A stretch of 62,845 bases of DNA, the filler included, from Atractiella rhizophila (lineage: Eukaryota): NCBI GenBank assembly GCA_021432655.1. It is 3 parts of 3 records of this genome, joined end to end, with 100 filler letters (N's around TTAATTAATTAA, not from the genome) between each part and the next. Parts side by side here need not be neighbours in the genome. Positions count along the whole stretch, not along the records: positions 22,804 to 49,497 come from MU271756.1; 2 more parts are not named here. The stretch is one strand, 5' to 3'. The translations under genes were made by a program, and so were the position numbers. The first letter of the stretch is position 1. Each line of letters begins with the position of its first letter. Shown one piece after another: positions 28,183 to 41,785 of the stretch. The notes below the pieces were generated by a model. That model was not told where the DNA came from. It did not search any database and saw only the letters and a program-made list of their open reading frames with translations.

Positions 28183-30214
28183 ATGCTGCCGTTCCTTCTG
28201 TCGAGTACTCTCGTAGCCTCTACTTCAGCGCTCTCGCCGCACGCTCCCCCAGACCCGCTCTCCCACCCACGCTTCCAGGTGCACATCTCGGAGTCCTACC
28301 TCTACAACTCCACCGCCAACTCGCTCCTCAGCGACGGAAGGGCAATATGGGACTGGGGCGATGGGCACGAGGTGAGCACTCTGCGTCATGGAGTTACCGG
28401 CACAAGCTGAGAGTGGAGGGGTGCGATGAATAGCCTCAGGTCGAGGATCCACACCTGATGCGCACCAAAAGTGGACAGACCTTCCTCTGCTCCGTACCCG
28501 TCCTTTCCCCTCCTTCTGTCCCTCAAGAAGACCCAACATCGGCGACTGCTACTACGTCGGACGTGGACATCTCACCGGCGTCCCTTAACAATTCCCTCGC
28601 AGCTGGACTGGCCCTGTTAGAGCCAATGCGCGGACACTGCTTGTACTATGTCCGTCTTTCCTTCGTATTGTATTGTAGGGCGATCAGTATCCTGACGGTC
28701 TGCGCTTTGTTGGGATGAAGAAATCAGGTTGGTTCACCTATTCGGTCTGCTATGGCAAACAGGTCCGACAATTCCACGAGATCCGATCCCCTTCCAACCC
28801 ATTACAACCGCTCGAAGACCCCTCGAACGACATCTACGTCCTCGGAAACTTTCCTCCCCTCCCCTCCTCCAAACCTCCATCTCCTCCCTCCTCCTCCTCC
28901 GAAAAGCCGTCATCGTCAGCCAGCTCAGAAACGGGATCCGCTGAAGTTGGAGAGGGAGAAGATGAACAGACAGTCTCCCTCGCTCCCTTCCATTCCACCG
29001 CACTGACCTCCCACGCCCTCTCCGCCCCTTCCCGCCGCAAGGCACACTACCTCCTCACCCACTGGACCTCCGGCACGATCTGCGACATGACCTCTCGTCC
29101 GCGCCGCGTGCAGGTAGAATACCACTGTTCCTCTTCCGCCCCGCTCGTAGACCGCATCGTCCTCATCAGGGAGTTGGCTATATGTGAATATAGCATCGTG
29201 GTTCATACCCCGAAGTTGTGTAAGGAGCAGGCGTTTGGGGATGTGGCGAAGGAGGATGAGGAGGGGAAGAAGATCGTTTGTAGACCGGTCGTCAGTGATG
29301 GCTGGACGGAGGAGCAGCCGTTGCCTACTCTAGGAGGCGAGGCGGAGCCTGAGCATGAGGCTGGGACGACGAAGGAAGAGCGAGTTGAAGGAGATTTGAG
29401 TGCGAATTTGAATTCTAATTCTAAGGGAGGTGTGGAGGAAGAGGAGGAGTATTATGAAGATGCTCTAGAGGGCGACCTCACCGCTGGGGACGGTGACGAA
29501 TTCGAGACCCTTCTCCTCGTCTATGATCCCGAGACGAACAGCCTGACGACGGCGACGGACGAAGCTGGTCTAGCCGAATCTCTGGACGAGAAGTTCGGGA
29601 AGGGGGGGAGGGAGGAGGTTGAGAAACAGTTGAAGGACCTGCGGGAGCAATTGAAGGAGGCGCTCGGACACAACTTCAAACCTCACGATGCCGATCGCGA
29701 ACGCGACCGTGAGCCCGCTTCTTCGGATGGAAGAAGGGCCGGACGGGAAGAGAGGACAGGAGGGGGAGGGGAAGGCAGAGGAGGACAAGCGCAAGGTGTG
29801 AAGGACGAAGAGATTCATAGACCCCCACGCGGATTGAACGACTTCATAAGCTTCATAGCCGGAGGTTCGAATACACCTCAATCCTCGTCCTCGAAGAAGG
29901 AGGAGCCGAAAGAGAAAACCCAAAAATCGCCTTCGTCTTCTTCGTCTGACGCGAACTCGAACACGAATACGGACAAGAAGGACCAAACGGCCCCTCGGTT
30001 GGGCAAGGGCAAGGGGAGGGGAAAGGGCATGACGTCCCTCGGTGGAGGGCGAAGTGGAAGTAAGACGGGAAAGGCCGGACAGGGTTTTAAGGGAAGCTTG
30101 AAGGAGTGGGAGGCGGCTAAGTTCTGGGGATCGAAGGAGCAGGAGGGGCTGAGGAGTAGATTCGGACGGAGTTGGGAGGGGAATGAGGAGAAGAAGAAGA
30201 AGGACGAGCAGTAA
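28183..30214 (+). CDS. YOS9: ER lectin OS-9/Yos9 (MRH/PRKCSH domain)
   Basis: Signal peptide, CLYY..GWFTYSVCYGKQVRQFH, WTSGTICDMTSRPRRVQVEYHC and ELAICEYSIVVHTPKLC. Confidence 0.88.
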
Positions 30215-30543
30215 TTGGATTCTCAGTCTCATCATAATCCTATCTTCACTGTACTGCACGTTCTACCGCGCTTGTAACTGGAGACTTTGCACTGGGACCG
30301 CAAAGAAGGTCTGAATTGTTAGAAGTTTAACCTGATTTAACATTTATGGAATATGCTACATTGCAGAACTCTGAATCCTACCTAACCTTCTTTGTAACGA
30401 AAATGTCTGAATCTGAGTCTGATATCCATACCGAACCACAGCAAGCCAACTCACCAAGCCAGTCCGCAAACATAACCCTAGTCGCCATCAATATTAAAGC
30501 AGTAAATAAACCAAGCACCTCTCCTCCAGACTCGCACATCGTC

Positions 30544-32364
30544 TCACTTTCTCCTCTTCACGCTCGGCGGATTAGGCCACACTCCATCCTCCTTAAACCT
30601 GTCTAACGTCTCTTTCAACACGTTCTCCTCCACCTTCGCATACTGCGGCTTCCATCCTGTGACCCTAGCGAGTTTACTTCCATCAAGAGCGATCGGTTCG
30701 TGGGATAACATCTCTCGTGGCAGGACGGGGGAGAGTGGTGTAGAAGCGATTGGCGGCTGAGAGGCTAGTAACATGTCTAGCCACGGACCCTGATGTTTGT
30801 CATTCGCTTCTTCCACCACTTCGTCCATGTTCAACTGTGCACACGACATCAGGTGGAGCATAAATATGGACTGAGAGAACAAACCTTGGCCAGATTGGAG
30901 ATGAGTACGCCGTGGAATCCACTTGGAACGCCAACGAGTTTACTGACCAGTTTGCTCATCTTTTCCTGAGTCGTGTCGCCTTCGTCGACCACATTGAAGA
31001 TTGGAGCTCTAACGGTCTGAGTATTGTTGGGAAACCCAGGATCGTCGATTTCGATCTTGTAATTAGTCGGCTTCAGATCGTTCATCACCTCTTCCGTTAT
31101 CGGGTGTGAAGAGTAATGTTGGGCGAGGGCGAGGACGGCGCCTCCGAAATCCAAAGAATGGACGGTGTGCATTCGGAGGGACGGTTCCCAGAGAAAGTCC
31201 ATTTTCTCGTTCAGGTACTTGTAAACTTCGCCGATAAGTAGACGCGGGGTTACTGTTCATGCACATTCATCTCAAATTGGTTCGCGTGGAAGGGCGAAAG
31301 AAGACGCACGACCACCGACGATGTATGGGCCGTAGATGATTGCTGGCCGGACAAGGATGAGGTTTAGCCTACTCATTTCAGCGATGCGTCTATCAGAATC
31401 TCCACAAGTTGATGCCACAGAAGAGAAAGATAATAACACACCGAGGTAATGCAGCCAAACCCCTCGCAGCCTCATGCCATAACTTTCCCCTATCCGACCA
31501 GCATTCCGCGTCAGAGTCTTCCTTCACAGCTCCCTTCCCTGTTCCACCAGACATCATTCACAATACCAATCGTCCGCCATCAGCATCAATTACGAGAAGG
31601 GTAGGTGATGGGATAGAGAAAGAGGCACCTTTCCACCGATAATAATAGGTGATCGGCCGTACATATACTTTTGGTCCTCCAGCCTCTAACGCCGCCTGTC
31701 CTAAGTGTCTGGCGAGGTGGACGATCCGTTCGACGTGTACCTACACCATAACGCAGCATCAGATTCGGACTCGATCAACGCTCGCCCGATCAAGAATCGA
31801 TGGAGACCTACCGATACTGGTAAATCGAATCCTGTTGCGTCTTCAGACCCCGTGAAGTCAAACACCCAATCGTACGTCTTCCCCGATGCAGCATATTGGC
31901 TGGGGAGCTGAAAAATCTTCCTCCTCGTCTCTGTCGTGGAAGAAGCTCAGGACCCGTCCTTGTGCCATAAGGAGAGGAAACACTTACCTGGAAGTAGCAG
32001 GTTGCCTTGCATATACTCTAGCTTCCCTCCTCGACCATCCTCAAAGTATTTACGCGATAGCTTGTCGACGTAGGCCGTGTAGAGACCCTGTCCCCCGTCC
32101 TACACCATCCAATACCCCATTAGCCATTCGTCTGCAACTGATGATATGCCCTGCAAGAAGAAAGAGGTGTGAAGCTGAATAAGCACCTGGGGTATGATGA
32201 GATACTTGTCGACTATCCTGATGTGCTCGCAGATTGGAAATATGCATGGAAGCAGTGAGAGAGCTGGAGCATGGGTGGGACGCGTTAGTCCGCCTGTTTA
32301 GCTGATCAGTTTGAATGCAGGTCTGGATAGGACACGACACACCGAGTATAAGGGCTGTAGGCAT
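30544..32364 (-). CDS. NAD(P)-dependent epimerase/dehydratase family protein, multi-exon
   Basis: N-terminal ALILG, FDFTG, LVRPAIIYGP, HTVHSLD, FNVVD and DGSKLARVTGWKP. Confidence 0.8.
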
Positions 32365-34442
32365 CCTGAGAGATCCTGTCCTCGATAGCCAGATGGTGGA
32401 CGAAAGTTTAGCAACGACGCATTCCACCTCACCAATTTGAAACTGTCAGGAATCACGAACACGCCACCGATCAACCAGCACCTCAGTCGTTCTCCCTTAA
32501 ATTCGTGGGGTGGATAACCGGCCTATGTTGTTAGGCATGTCGGTTGTGTTGCCGCGGTGAGCAGGTCTTTGTTATCAGGCCGATTTTCGCTCTGGGATAT
32601 GGAAAGGCGATGTCTCTTTGCCAGGAGTGCATCTGTGGAGCTGATGAAGTTGTCACTTCACTCACCGTATTGTGCTACTGCTTGATTGTGGATTACGCAA
32701 TTGTGCATTCGGTCCGGGCATTTATTTCTGTGTGAGTTAGCCAAAAGCTACAGTTCATAAGTTTATGGACAATCTGTATGTCAATCGAAATGACACCGCG
32801 AAGGAAGGGCGAGAGAAAACCTGGACCGCCCAGGAGTGTCCATGCATGAAAGGGAGGATGGAGTTAACAATCTCCCAATAAAAACTGCAAATTCAAACCT
32901 GATCCAACTGAATTCCCTCCTTTAGAGCAGCTGCTGCCTATTTCTGTCAGAGATAGCATTTCACTTTATGAAGACCCTGTTATCCTTTCACAAGCAAGTG
33001 ACTCTCAAAGAACGAGATGATGATTTTCCGCGAATTGTACGCTTGTACACTTCGACTTTCAGGTCAACACAACCATGCGGAGTTCTGAGTCGTTCAGCAG
33101 TCACTTCTCGTAATTCTTCCTGAACGAGAGAGGAAGCAAGAACGCCTCTCTACCGCGATTCCACGCTACCCATAGAGTCTTCTTGGCTCCCCCAATTCCT
33201 CTAACTGGGCCCGTTAGAGCTGGGTTCACGAGCGTGGAGCTTCGAGCGCTCTCCTTTTTCCTCGAAAGAGGTCGCGTTAAGCACGTGCTGTGCCAGAGAT
33301 CTTTCTTTCCCTGCTCTACTCTTGGATTGATGGATGGAAATGTAGACGTCGCATCTGCGTTGACTCCTCATGTCTAAAGCGTCGCTGTTAAGGTGTAACC
33401 ATGATGACAGCGAAGATCGAACCCCGGGCGGTCAGCGCAGACCTGCACTGTTTGTGAGAAACTTGGCGTAAGGGACCTTATCGGGAAATATCCGAAGATT
33501 CACTTGAAGAGAGTGATAGGATTTCTAATTTCCTCCTTGTCCCGGATAGAAAGGGGAAAGTAACTGAAAGATGCAGCATTAGAGCATGTTCGCTTCTTCC
33601 AAAGATGTGATAGTTTTGACTACTTCGCGGTGTACGACTTTGAGCCCATCAGTGAAGGTTCATCGTACTTATCTAACTTGTTGCTCGGAGAGAGAGGATG
33701 CGTTCTTCGTATCTAGACAGCTGAACTTGCATGATGAGCTTGTTGCCTGACTACACATACCTCTCAGGTAGTGTAATGCAAGCCTCTGATTAAGTTCTGT
33801 CTAACCTGTTCATTTTCCATGGACTGGCAGTTTCGTTTCTAGAAATACTCCTCAAGACCTTTACACCAATGATTTGATGTTCAAATGACACCAGCCGTCA
33901 GAAATTATCAACATATTAATCAAACATGAGTTCCATGTTGCCCGCTACTATTCTATTTCATCTTCCGGGGCTTTTGCTCTGTCCTGTATGAAAGCCATCA
34001 AGCTCCAGTTGGGAGATTTCTTTTGTTCAGCTAACCTGTTAGAGTATACGGACATATCAATGTTATTTGGATCTTGTGAGTAAAACAAGCGGGATAGGCC
34101 CTATGCTAATCAGAATGCAAGTAAGTCTCAGGATTGGTTATCATTGATTCCATCACTGATTGGTGAACGAACGTAACAGGAGTATTGCCCAGCACGAACG
34201 TTACGATCTTCCAGCAATAGCACTTGACCATCGAGTTAGCTCCTATGGGATGCAACCGCATCCTTCTCGTAAATGGTTTTCCCCTGTACAAAGAGCCTGT
34301 ATTTATTATTGTTACCTATATAGACGTAACTCATCCATCACTCCCTGCCCTACCATCAGCAGGCAGTTTCAGTGTCAGTGTTGAGTCTGAGAAATAGCCT
34401 TCTTACCACATTCCCTAAACTCTGATAAGCGAGGAAGACAAA

Positions 34443-36045
34443 ATGTCTTTCAGTCGTGGTGCTCGAGCTTTACGGCCACTGTCTAGAGCTGCAGTTTTGT
34501 GAGTCTGTTGTGACTTGCCATCTAAATTGCGCCCTGATGGCCACTTCAGCAGGCCCAAGCGTAACTTCGTCACAGCTGCTCCTTCCTCCCTTGTCCCAGT
34601 CGTCGATTTTGGCAAGGTATACACCTTCATCCCGCTTTCAAAACTCATGACCATGTTCTATATAAGTGCAGTTTTTGAATGGAAATGAGGCCGAAAAGTT
34701 AGAATCGGGTGCAGAGGTCTTGGACGCCTTCAAAAGTGCGTCGCTCTTCCAGTGCTGATTTCTTCAAATGTTTGGCTAACTTTCCCACAATGTAGATGTT
34801 GGGTTTGTCTACCTCTCCAATCACGGGATTCCCGACTCTAAGCTGTCAAAGGTCTTTGAGTTGGTGGGTTTCCTCTGCATCCTGTTGAAGATACATCAAA
34901 TTGAAATTGTCTGCGCAGTCCTCAAAATTCTTCGCACTCCCTCAGGAGCTGAAGGATGAATTGGCATGGGATGATCCGAGGTCTAATCGCGGATATGTCA
35001 CCATTGGTCTGTTATCTACCTTTTGTTCTCTATGACCTGACTATTGACACTCACCGTGGTCTCTTTTTACTTGGTCTTTCAGGAAGAGAGCGTGTAACCC
35101 AAGCGACTTCCGCAGAAGAAATCGCCAAGCTTCGTGCTTCTGCTCCTGTGCGTCTCTCATTTCATCACAATATACAGAATGCATCATTATTTAAATGAAT
35201 TACAGGATGTGAAGGAGACAATGGAAATTGGCCGGGACTGGGAAGGGCAAGAAGAGGTTTGTCCTTCTTAGCTCCCTGCGCGACTGCCTCACGCGAACTA
35301 TTCAGTGGCCAAACAAATGGCCCAACGAAAACTGGGCTTCGGGGCAAGTTTCCGGCTTCCGGAATACAATGGTCGACTTCTACGTTACCTGTCACAACCT
35401 TCATCTCAACGTCATGTCTTCTCTGGCCCTTGGCCTTGGACTTCCACGAGACTACTTTGTTCAATTCTGCAACAAACAAACGCATAATTGCAGACTGCTC
35501 AATTATCCTGCAACATTGAAAAAGGTTTTGCAGCAGGGTGGAGGGAATAGGGCTGGTGCTCATTCGGAGTGCGTACTTACTCCGGTTGTGTAAGATCGAC
35601 TGTTTAGATGTACTGAACCACAGTTACGGCACCGTCACTCTTCTCTTCCAGGCAAGTTTGAATTTATTCGGCGTGAACTGGACTTGACAAATTGTTACAA
35701 CAGGACTCTATCGGTGGCTTAGAAGTTCAGGACAAGTCGGGGGCTTTCGTTCCTGCCCCTCCTATTCCGGGCACTGTCGTCATCAATGTTGGAGACCTGC
35801 TAGCACGATGGTCTAATGACCTTTTACGCTCAACGCTACACCGTGTGGTAATGCCGCCATCTTCGCTCGATAAGGATGGGAACTATGTGACCCCACGGAG
35901 GCAGTCCATTGCATTTTTTTCCAATCCCAACATGGATGCTGATATCGAATGTTTACCCCTGAAAGAATTGGGCGAACCGAAGTATGAGAAGATCAAGACT
36001 ATTGATTATTTAGTGTCCAGGTTGAGCGAAACTTACAGAATGTAG
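34443..36045 (+). CDS. 2-oxoglutarate/Fe(II) oxygenase (DIOX_N / IPNS-like) with probable mitochondrial presequence
   Basis: VPVVDF, VGFVYLSNHGI, NRGY, RLLNYP, HSDYGTVTLL (HxD), STLHRV and RQSIAFF (RxS). The N-terminus MSFSRGARALRPLSR is Arg/Ser-rich. Confidence 0.88.
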
Positions 36046-36335
36046 TTCAGGAATGCTACTTTTGGTTTGGGGAAGTTTGCAAAGTATTACATTCACACGG
36101 GCTCTGTTGGGAGAATATTTCTCTCTCTAATATCAAACTAAGGGCACCATAAGAAGCTACTAACAATTTTTATGAGAATGCTTGCACAGTCTGGCTTTAA
36201 TTCTCACATTCTAGCATATGCAATGTGAATAGGCATAACACGCCCTCCGATTTGCATGCTTCAGCCACTCTGATCCAATTCCCCTCCTTAACTGCACAGC
36301 GTGATGTCGCGGCAGCAGCTGCAAGCGTCGTCAAC

Positions 36336-37307
36336 TCAACTTCCAAGGTACTCCTTCATTAGTGCCTGCTTCTGGATCCTGTTTCTACCATCAGCGTCTC
36401 TTCATAGACCAGATAGAATAGGACGTACTCAACAATCTGAGCGATAAATTCCTCATTGCTGATGATTTTCGGGGGTCGTAGATCCTCCTCCTCCAGCACA
36501 CTCTCAACTTCAAATTCTGTGTTCCCTCCTAGAATTTTGATTTTCTTCATCTTTGGTGCCGGTATCTCTTCCTCAATCCCAAGCTCAGCAGCAGTCTGCC
36601 GAAATTGAGCATCCCACTCTTCTTCCTCTCGCTTCGATTCATACTCTCGTAATGCGGCATCATTCTCATCCACGTCGCCGTAATAATTGGGTTTGGACGC
36701 TGCAGTTTGGAACTTATCAACTTTTGGTCCAGTTTTGTACGATTCCAGCTCCCGTTGATGCTCCGCAGTTGATTCAAAGAGCTCGCGTACTCCTGGAAGG
36801 TCCCGGGCTCTTCCAAAATATCTGTAGTATATTCTGTCAACATACTCCCACGTAAGTCAGTAAGTTACGAACTTGTAGCCGCGCATCCCTGGGATTTCAC
36901 GTCCCTCAGCATCAGTTGTTTTCTGCGCGGCGCGCTTGTAATTCGCTCCTCCAAGAGCGATGATTTGGTTCTCCCAGTTCGCCTTCTCCCGCAGAAGCTT
37001 GTTGATTTCATCGTTCAAATCTCTTACTTCGTAATCAGTCAACCCCACTATGTAAACAGGCCTCAAATCTTCTATTCCCAATTTCGCAATAGAACTGTTA
37101 CGCACCATCTTGAATCTTAGAAACTTTCCTACTAATATCTCTAAGTACTTCACCACGCCATCTCTCTGCCTGTCTCAAGTCCTTGCAGTTGCTTACCATC
37201 CTTGGACGTCGATCATATTTCTGCCCAGTTATGAGACCTAGCTCAGCCGCTTGAGCTTCTCGAAAGCGATAGAGCATAGACTGAGCCTTTTCTTCATTAC
37301 GAGCCAT
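36336..37307 (-). CDS. ISY1: Pre-mRNA splicing factor Isy1
   Basis: MARNEEKAQSMLYRFREAQA, AERWRGEVLRDISRKVSKIQD, RDLNDEINKL and GYKYFGRARELPGVRELF. Confidence 0.95.
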
Positions 37308-37463
37308 CTTACCGAGGTTAACCGGAGATGGAAAGTATTAATAAGGATTAATGAAAATGTTGAAGAGAAGCTCGTCGTTATTGTCCCTGGATCCACCCCA
37401 ACCCTAATCTTGAGCGCGGAGAGACCCCGACCAGCATCCATTCGACAAACGAAAACGACGAAG

Positions 37464-39579
37464 ATGTCTCTGCAAACTCCCAAAGTGCATTTTCCCGTAC
37501 CCGAGCGCATACCTGGTGAGGAGGTGTATGATAGACAGAAAGTGGATATGTTACGGGCCCATATGGCTCGCATTTGTCAACTTCGCGATTCGAGGTGAGT
37601 ATCTCATTCATGAATTTGGGATGTCGCAAGTTCAGGGAGGTCTTGTTTATATTGGCTTTCTAGAACTGCCTAGTTCGCTCAAGGGTAGAAGCCCTAGTGT
37701 GGCTGTTCATTGTATTTAAAGTCACGTGATCTGAATGGTTTTACTGCTAGGTTTCCCGGATCCCAACCTGTCAGCTTCTCTCGACAATCATTTGCATTAT
37801 TAGAATCAGAAGAGTAAGTTATCTTTCCTTGTAAGCTTTAATGCTGAAATGGAGATTTAGTTTCTGGGTGTGCGAAAAATCAGATGGATTGAGGTTAATG
37901 ATTATGATTCTCTCTCGTCCAACCGGGCATCAGGAAGTATATCTGGTCGGTAACACATCTCTCCAATGCATTTAGCGAATAACTTGAATTAGATTGACCG
38001 CAAAGAGCGCTTTTTCGAAGTTCAGAACTTGCGTTTCCCACATCAAGATGGCGAAGAATACAATCACTCTAATACCATAATTGATGGAGAACTAGTCATC
38101 GATATTGAAAGACATAATTCTGGGCTCGAGGTCTGTCACATGGCTATGCGTCCTTTGTGTCTGACACTGTGCAAAGATTCAGGTTTTGCGCTATCTTGCC
38201 TTCGACTGTATCGTTCTCGATAGCGAAAGTCTTATGCAGCGTCCACTTAGCAGTCGGTACGGGGTGCGAATTTTATTGCATTAAACCTGCCTGTCATCTC
38301 TTAATGTGTTGCGCAGAGGCTGAAGTCGTGGATCATTGAACCGATGGTTCGATATTTGCGGAAGCATCCACACGAACAGGCGAGAATGCCATTTGAGTAA
38401 GTTGTTTCTAGCGATGAATGATACAAACCAATGTTAACAAAATTGTCGTCGCAGGGTGACATTGAAGCCTATGGAATTGTCGTACGGGATTCAGAAAGTC
38501 CTTGAAACGCACATGCCAGGATTAAAGCACGGAAATGACGGTCTGATATTTACGAGCGCTGAAGCCCAATACACAATTGGCACAGATCGGCGGATGTTTG
38601 TGCCTCTGAAGAATATTCTTTTTGCTTACAGGTGATTTCAGATTAAAATGGAAGCCACCATCGGAAAACTCCATCGACTTTCGCCTTGAGCTACGTTTCC
38701 CTGCACTGGTCCACACTAGAGTGGAAGGAAGTTCGCGAAATGGGTATGGAGTTGAAGACGTGGATTGGCAGGCAAAACCGGCTTTCCTTCTCATGATGAA
38801 TGCAGGCAAGGGATCTGAAACTTTCTTCGATTGGCTGGATATGTCCGATCATGAATGGGAAGAGTATATATTCTCTCTCTCCTGATTCGACTTACTAACG
38901 GTCAGCTAGTTGGAAATCCAGAGGGGAACAACTCGATAATCGCATTGTTGAAGTTGTTTGGAACGCCAGCGAACAGAATTGGAGGATAATGAGATTTCGA
39001 GACGACAAGCGCGAAGGGAACTACGAGAGTATTGTTTGGAAGATCATTGATAGCATCAAAGATGGGGTTGAAGCCCAAGACGTTGGTCATGTCTTTCTAT
39101 TATCAATTTGTGGCTGACGACATTTAAATTTCAAGCTCGTCCTCGGAGCTGATGCCATTCATCGACGGTGGGCCGAACGAAAGGCTATTCGATCAGGTCG
39201 CCCTCTCCCAACAAACCCCTCGCAGACAGTCCAGCCGACGCCTAACGTTCAGAGTCAAAGCCAATACCAGTCTCAAGTCCAACCCGCGCCGCCGTCACAA
39301 CAGCAACTTCGACCTCCGCAGCTATCTAACCAAAGTGACCTTCCTCAACCACTTCCACCAGAACTCTCAAGCTTCCCTCCACTTTCTGGGTTTGAGCGTC
39401 CACCTCTTACCTTGCCACCGTCGAGATTTGAGCCGATAAAACCTCGAACTGAAGCATCAATGAAGGACTATGCACATCTGCTGAACGGATACAGTCGTCA
39501 AAGGGGCAGTGCTTTCGATCGTTCGTTCCAGGAGAAAGGACGACCGTTGCGACTTCCTTTCAGTGACCAGCAACCTTAG
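37464..39579 (+). CDS. CEG1: mRNA capping enzyme, guanylyltransferase subunit
   Basis: FPGSQPVSF, VCEKSDG (KxDG motif I), TIIDGELV, HGNDGLIFT, LKWKP..ENSIDF and MRFRDDK..GN. Confidence 0.93.
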
Positions 39580-39987
39580 CCGTCTGTTCCCTTTGAACTA
39601 GTGTTGGCTTTCTTTAGCATAGAGTGTTTTCATCAACAATGCTCCTGAAAGTTTCATTACTCAGTATCTTGAGGCCGTTGCAGTAATATCACAACAGTTC
39701 TTTTGGTTGCTTTAGTTTCCATCGCAGTGCCAACGGTGAAGCGAGACTGAACTCTTTAATTTTGATTTCGAGATGCATGAAAGCTCAACATCTCAGCACG
39801 ATTTCTCAAAAACGGTGCGACGAATATGCTGTTTGGTTCCATAGCTCAAATGTACCGTGTCGCTTTGCGCACCATAACAGAATATTGAACAGCACTCGTG
39901 TTCTTTTCAAAACCGCTTCTCATACATGAATAGTATCACCAATGTAATCCTCCACCTCTCCCAACAGCAGCGCGCAACGGCCGAATC

Positions 39988-41676
39988 TCAATCCACCTTC
40001 TTTTGACTCTCCGCGTCTTCCGTGGTCAACCAAACGAAAGAGAACACCAAAAATGCTCCCATAGTGCTGACAGCGCCGACATACCAAGGGAAAGCGCCTT
40101 TGATCCACCTGGGGTATTCATTGTGTCTGAGCGGGGTCACGCTGACTTTCTTATCGTCGTGCACGTCGGACAGTCCCCAACGTCTGTAATCGACCAGGAA
40201 GGTGAAGACGCCGTGTCTGTCTGGCGCTGCGAAGGTCGCAGAGAGTGTACCGTTGGAGGATGGGTGGAGGGGGATGCGGAGGTGCGGGTCGAGCATGCGG
40301 AATTCGAGCTGCATGTCGAGGGGTTGGAAGGGGACCCATCCTTTCGGGGTCAGCTCTTCGACGGCGAGGACATAGGTCTGACCACACGATGCGATATGTT
40401 AATGGGAACTGGGAGGAAGAGATGTGGAACTGACAATGGTATCTTTGATACGGTAGATCGAAGGGTTGAGCTCGTTCTCAGCTCCTTTCTTGAAATGCCA
40501 GCTGTCTTTTACCCTCAATGTGCCCTTCTCGCCGAAGTTCCACTTGGTCAGTTCCTCCACAAACTGTTCATTGCACGACTCTTCGTTCCTACCCATCATT
40601 ACCAGTCAGCCTAGTCCTTCAATACATAAAGGAAATAGAAGGAAAGAAGGAGACTCACCAAAATTTGTCCGAAAACATCTCGGTGCTTCCAGCGAGAACG
40701 ACTCTACCGCCTCCTCTAGTCTGGAAGGCTGTGACGAGTTTGGCATCTGTTCCGGTAACGACATCCTCACCCTCTTCCACGCCTCCAATGGTATCCGGAT
40801 CCCAGACGTATCCTTCCTTCGGTCCCCAAACAAGTGGTTTTGCCAGCGGTATATCAGCAATCTCGTGCGCTGCGCCTTTGTACAGCAACGATTTCCCCTC
40901 TGTCGGCGTGAAGAAGGACTGTTCGATGTTGTCACCTCCGAGCTGGAGCGTGAGCGGATCCGATGTGGGAGGATAGTGGGAGAGGGCGTAGTTGGAGGAA
41001 AAGGAGAAGTCGGCGCTGAATTCGCGTGCGAAGTCGCGGAGGAAGTCGGACGAGGAGGGAGGGACGAGGAGGAGGAGGTTGCCTGGTGTGCTGGGCGAGG
41101 TGAGGTATTTGTATAACGATTGAGGGGAGATGTCAGGCGAGTAGACTGTTCACATGATTAGCTAGATTGTCCATCTTCTATAATGTCTTTGTCCCCAAAA
41201 TCTTCGTTCTCTGCGACAAGTACAGCGTGGTGATTCGAATAAAGCTTTGCGCAGTACAAATAGAATGAAACGCCTTCCTCATCAATGCTCAAACTTATGT
41301 AGAGAGCCTCCGTGAGAAAGAAAGGATGTTGCTTTATTAACGCGATTCGTCATAGGCAAGGGATGGAAGGAATGGTAGCTCACCTTTGCTAGGTCCACCG
41401 ACTACAACGACTCCCTTCCAATCGGCGATTCCATCATCCCAGAGCCGTTCGCCATCTTTCTCCGACCTGAATACAAGTTCGTAGCCCCTGCCTGAATACG
41501 GCGTGAGCACAGAAGCCCACAATCACGGGGTACATACGCTGTAGGGACGAGAAGAAGGCGGAGTGGTCTTGGGTGAAGGTGGTGTAAGTAGGAGAGGACG
41601 ACGGGAGTAGGACAAGGAGTCTGGAGGCGAGGGTGAGAGTGGGCAAGAGAGCGAGCAGTGATAAAAGTGGTTTCAT
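39988..41676 (-). CDS. WBP1: Oligosaccharyltransferase subunit Wbp1/OST48
   Basis: Signal peptide, LVTAFQTR, YRIKD, QLEFRMLDP, PDRHGVFTFLVDYRR, PLRHNEYPR, a C-terminal TM helix and a KKVD dilysine ER-retrieval end. Confidence 0.92.
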
Positions 41677-41785
41677 CTTTCCAACGAACGAAATAATAAT
41701 AATATCGTTTACGTGGAGCTTTGGATTGTGATCACGAATTAAGGACCACTATACTTACAAGCAACATCATGACATAATCAGCCGA

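Noticed and set aside
29570..30259. Long antisense ORFs (also 581-1105, 40003-41116, 11732-12304, 17233-17757)
   Set aside because: Shadows of GC-rich coding strands with no independent protein features.
31981..31992. ACTTACCTGG resembling the U1 snRNA 5' end
   Set aside because: It is the reverse complement of a CCAG|GTAAGT donor in the minus-strand epimerase gene.
32480..34400. Long intergenic region as a possible ncRNA or TPP riboswitch (ACCTGATC at ~32897)
   Set aside because: The rest of the TPP consensus is absent, and no snRNA, SRP or tRNA motifs were recognised by eye.
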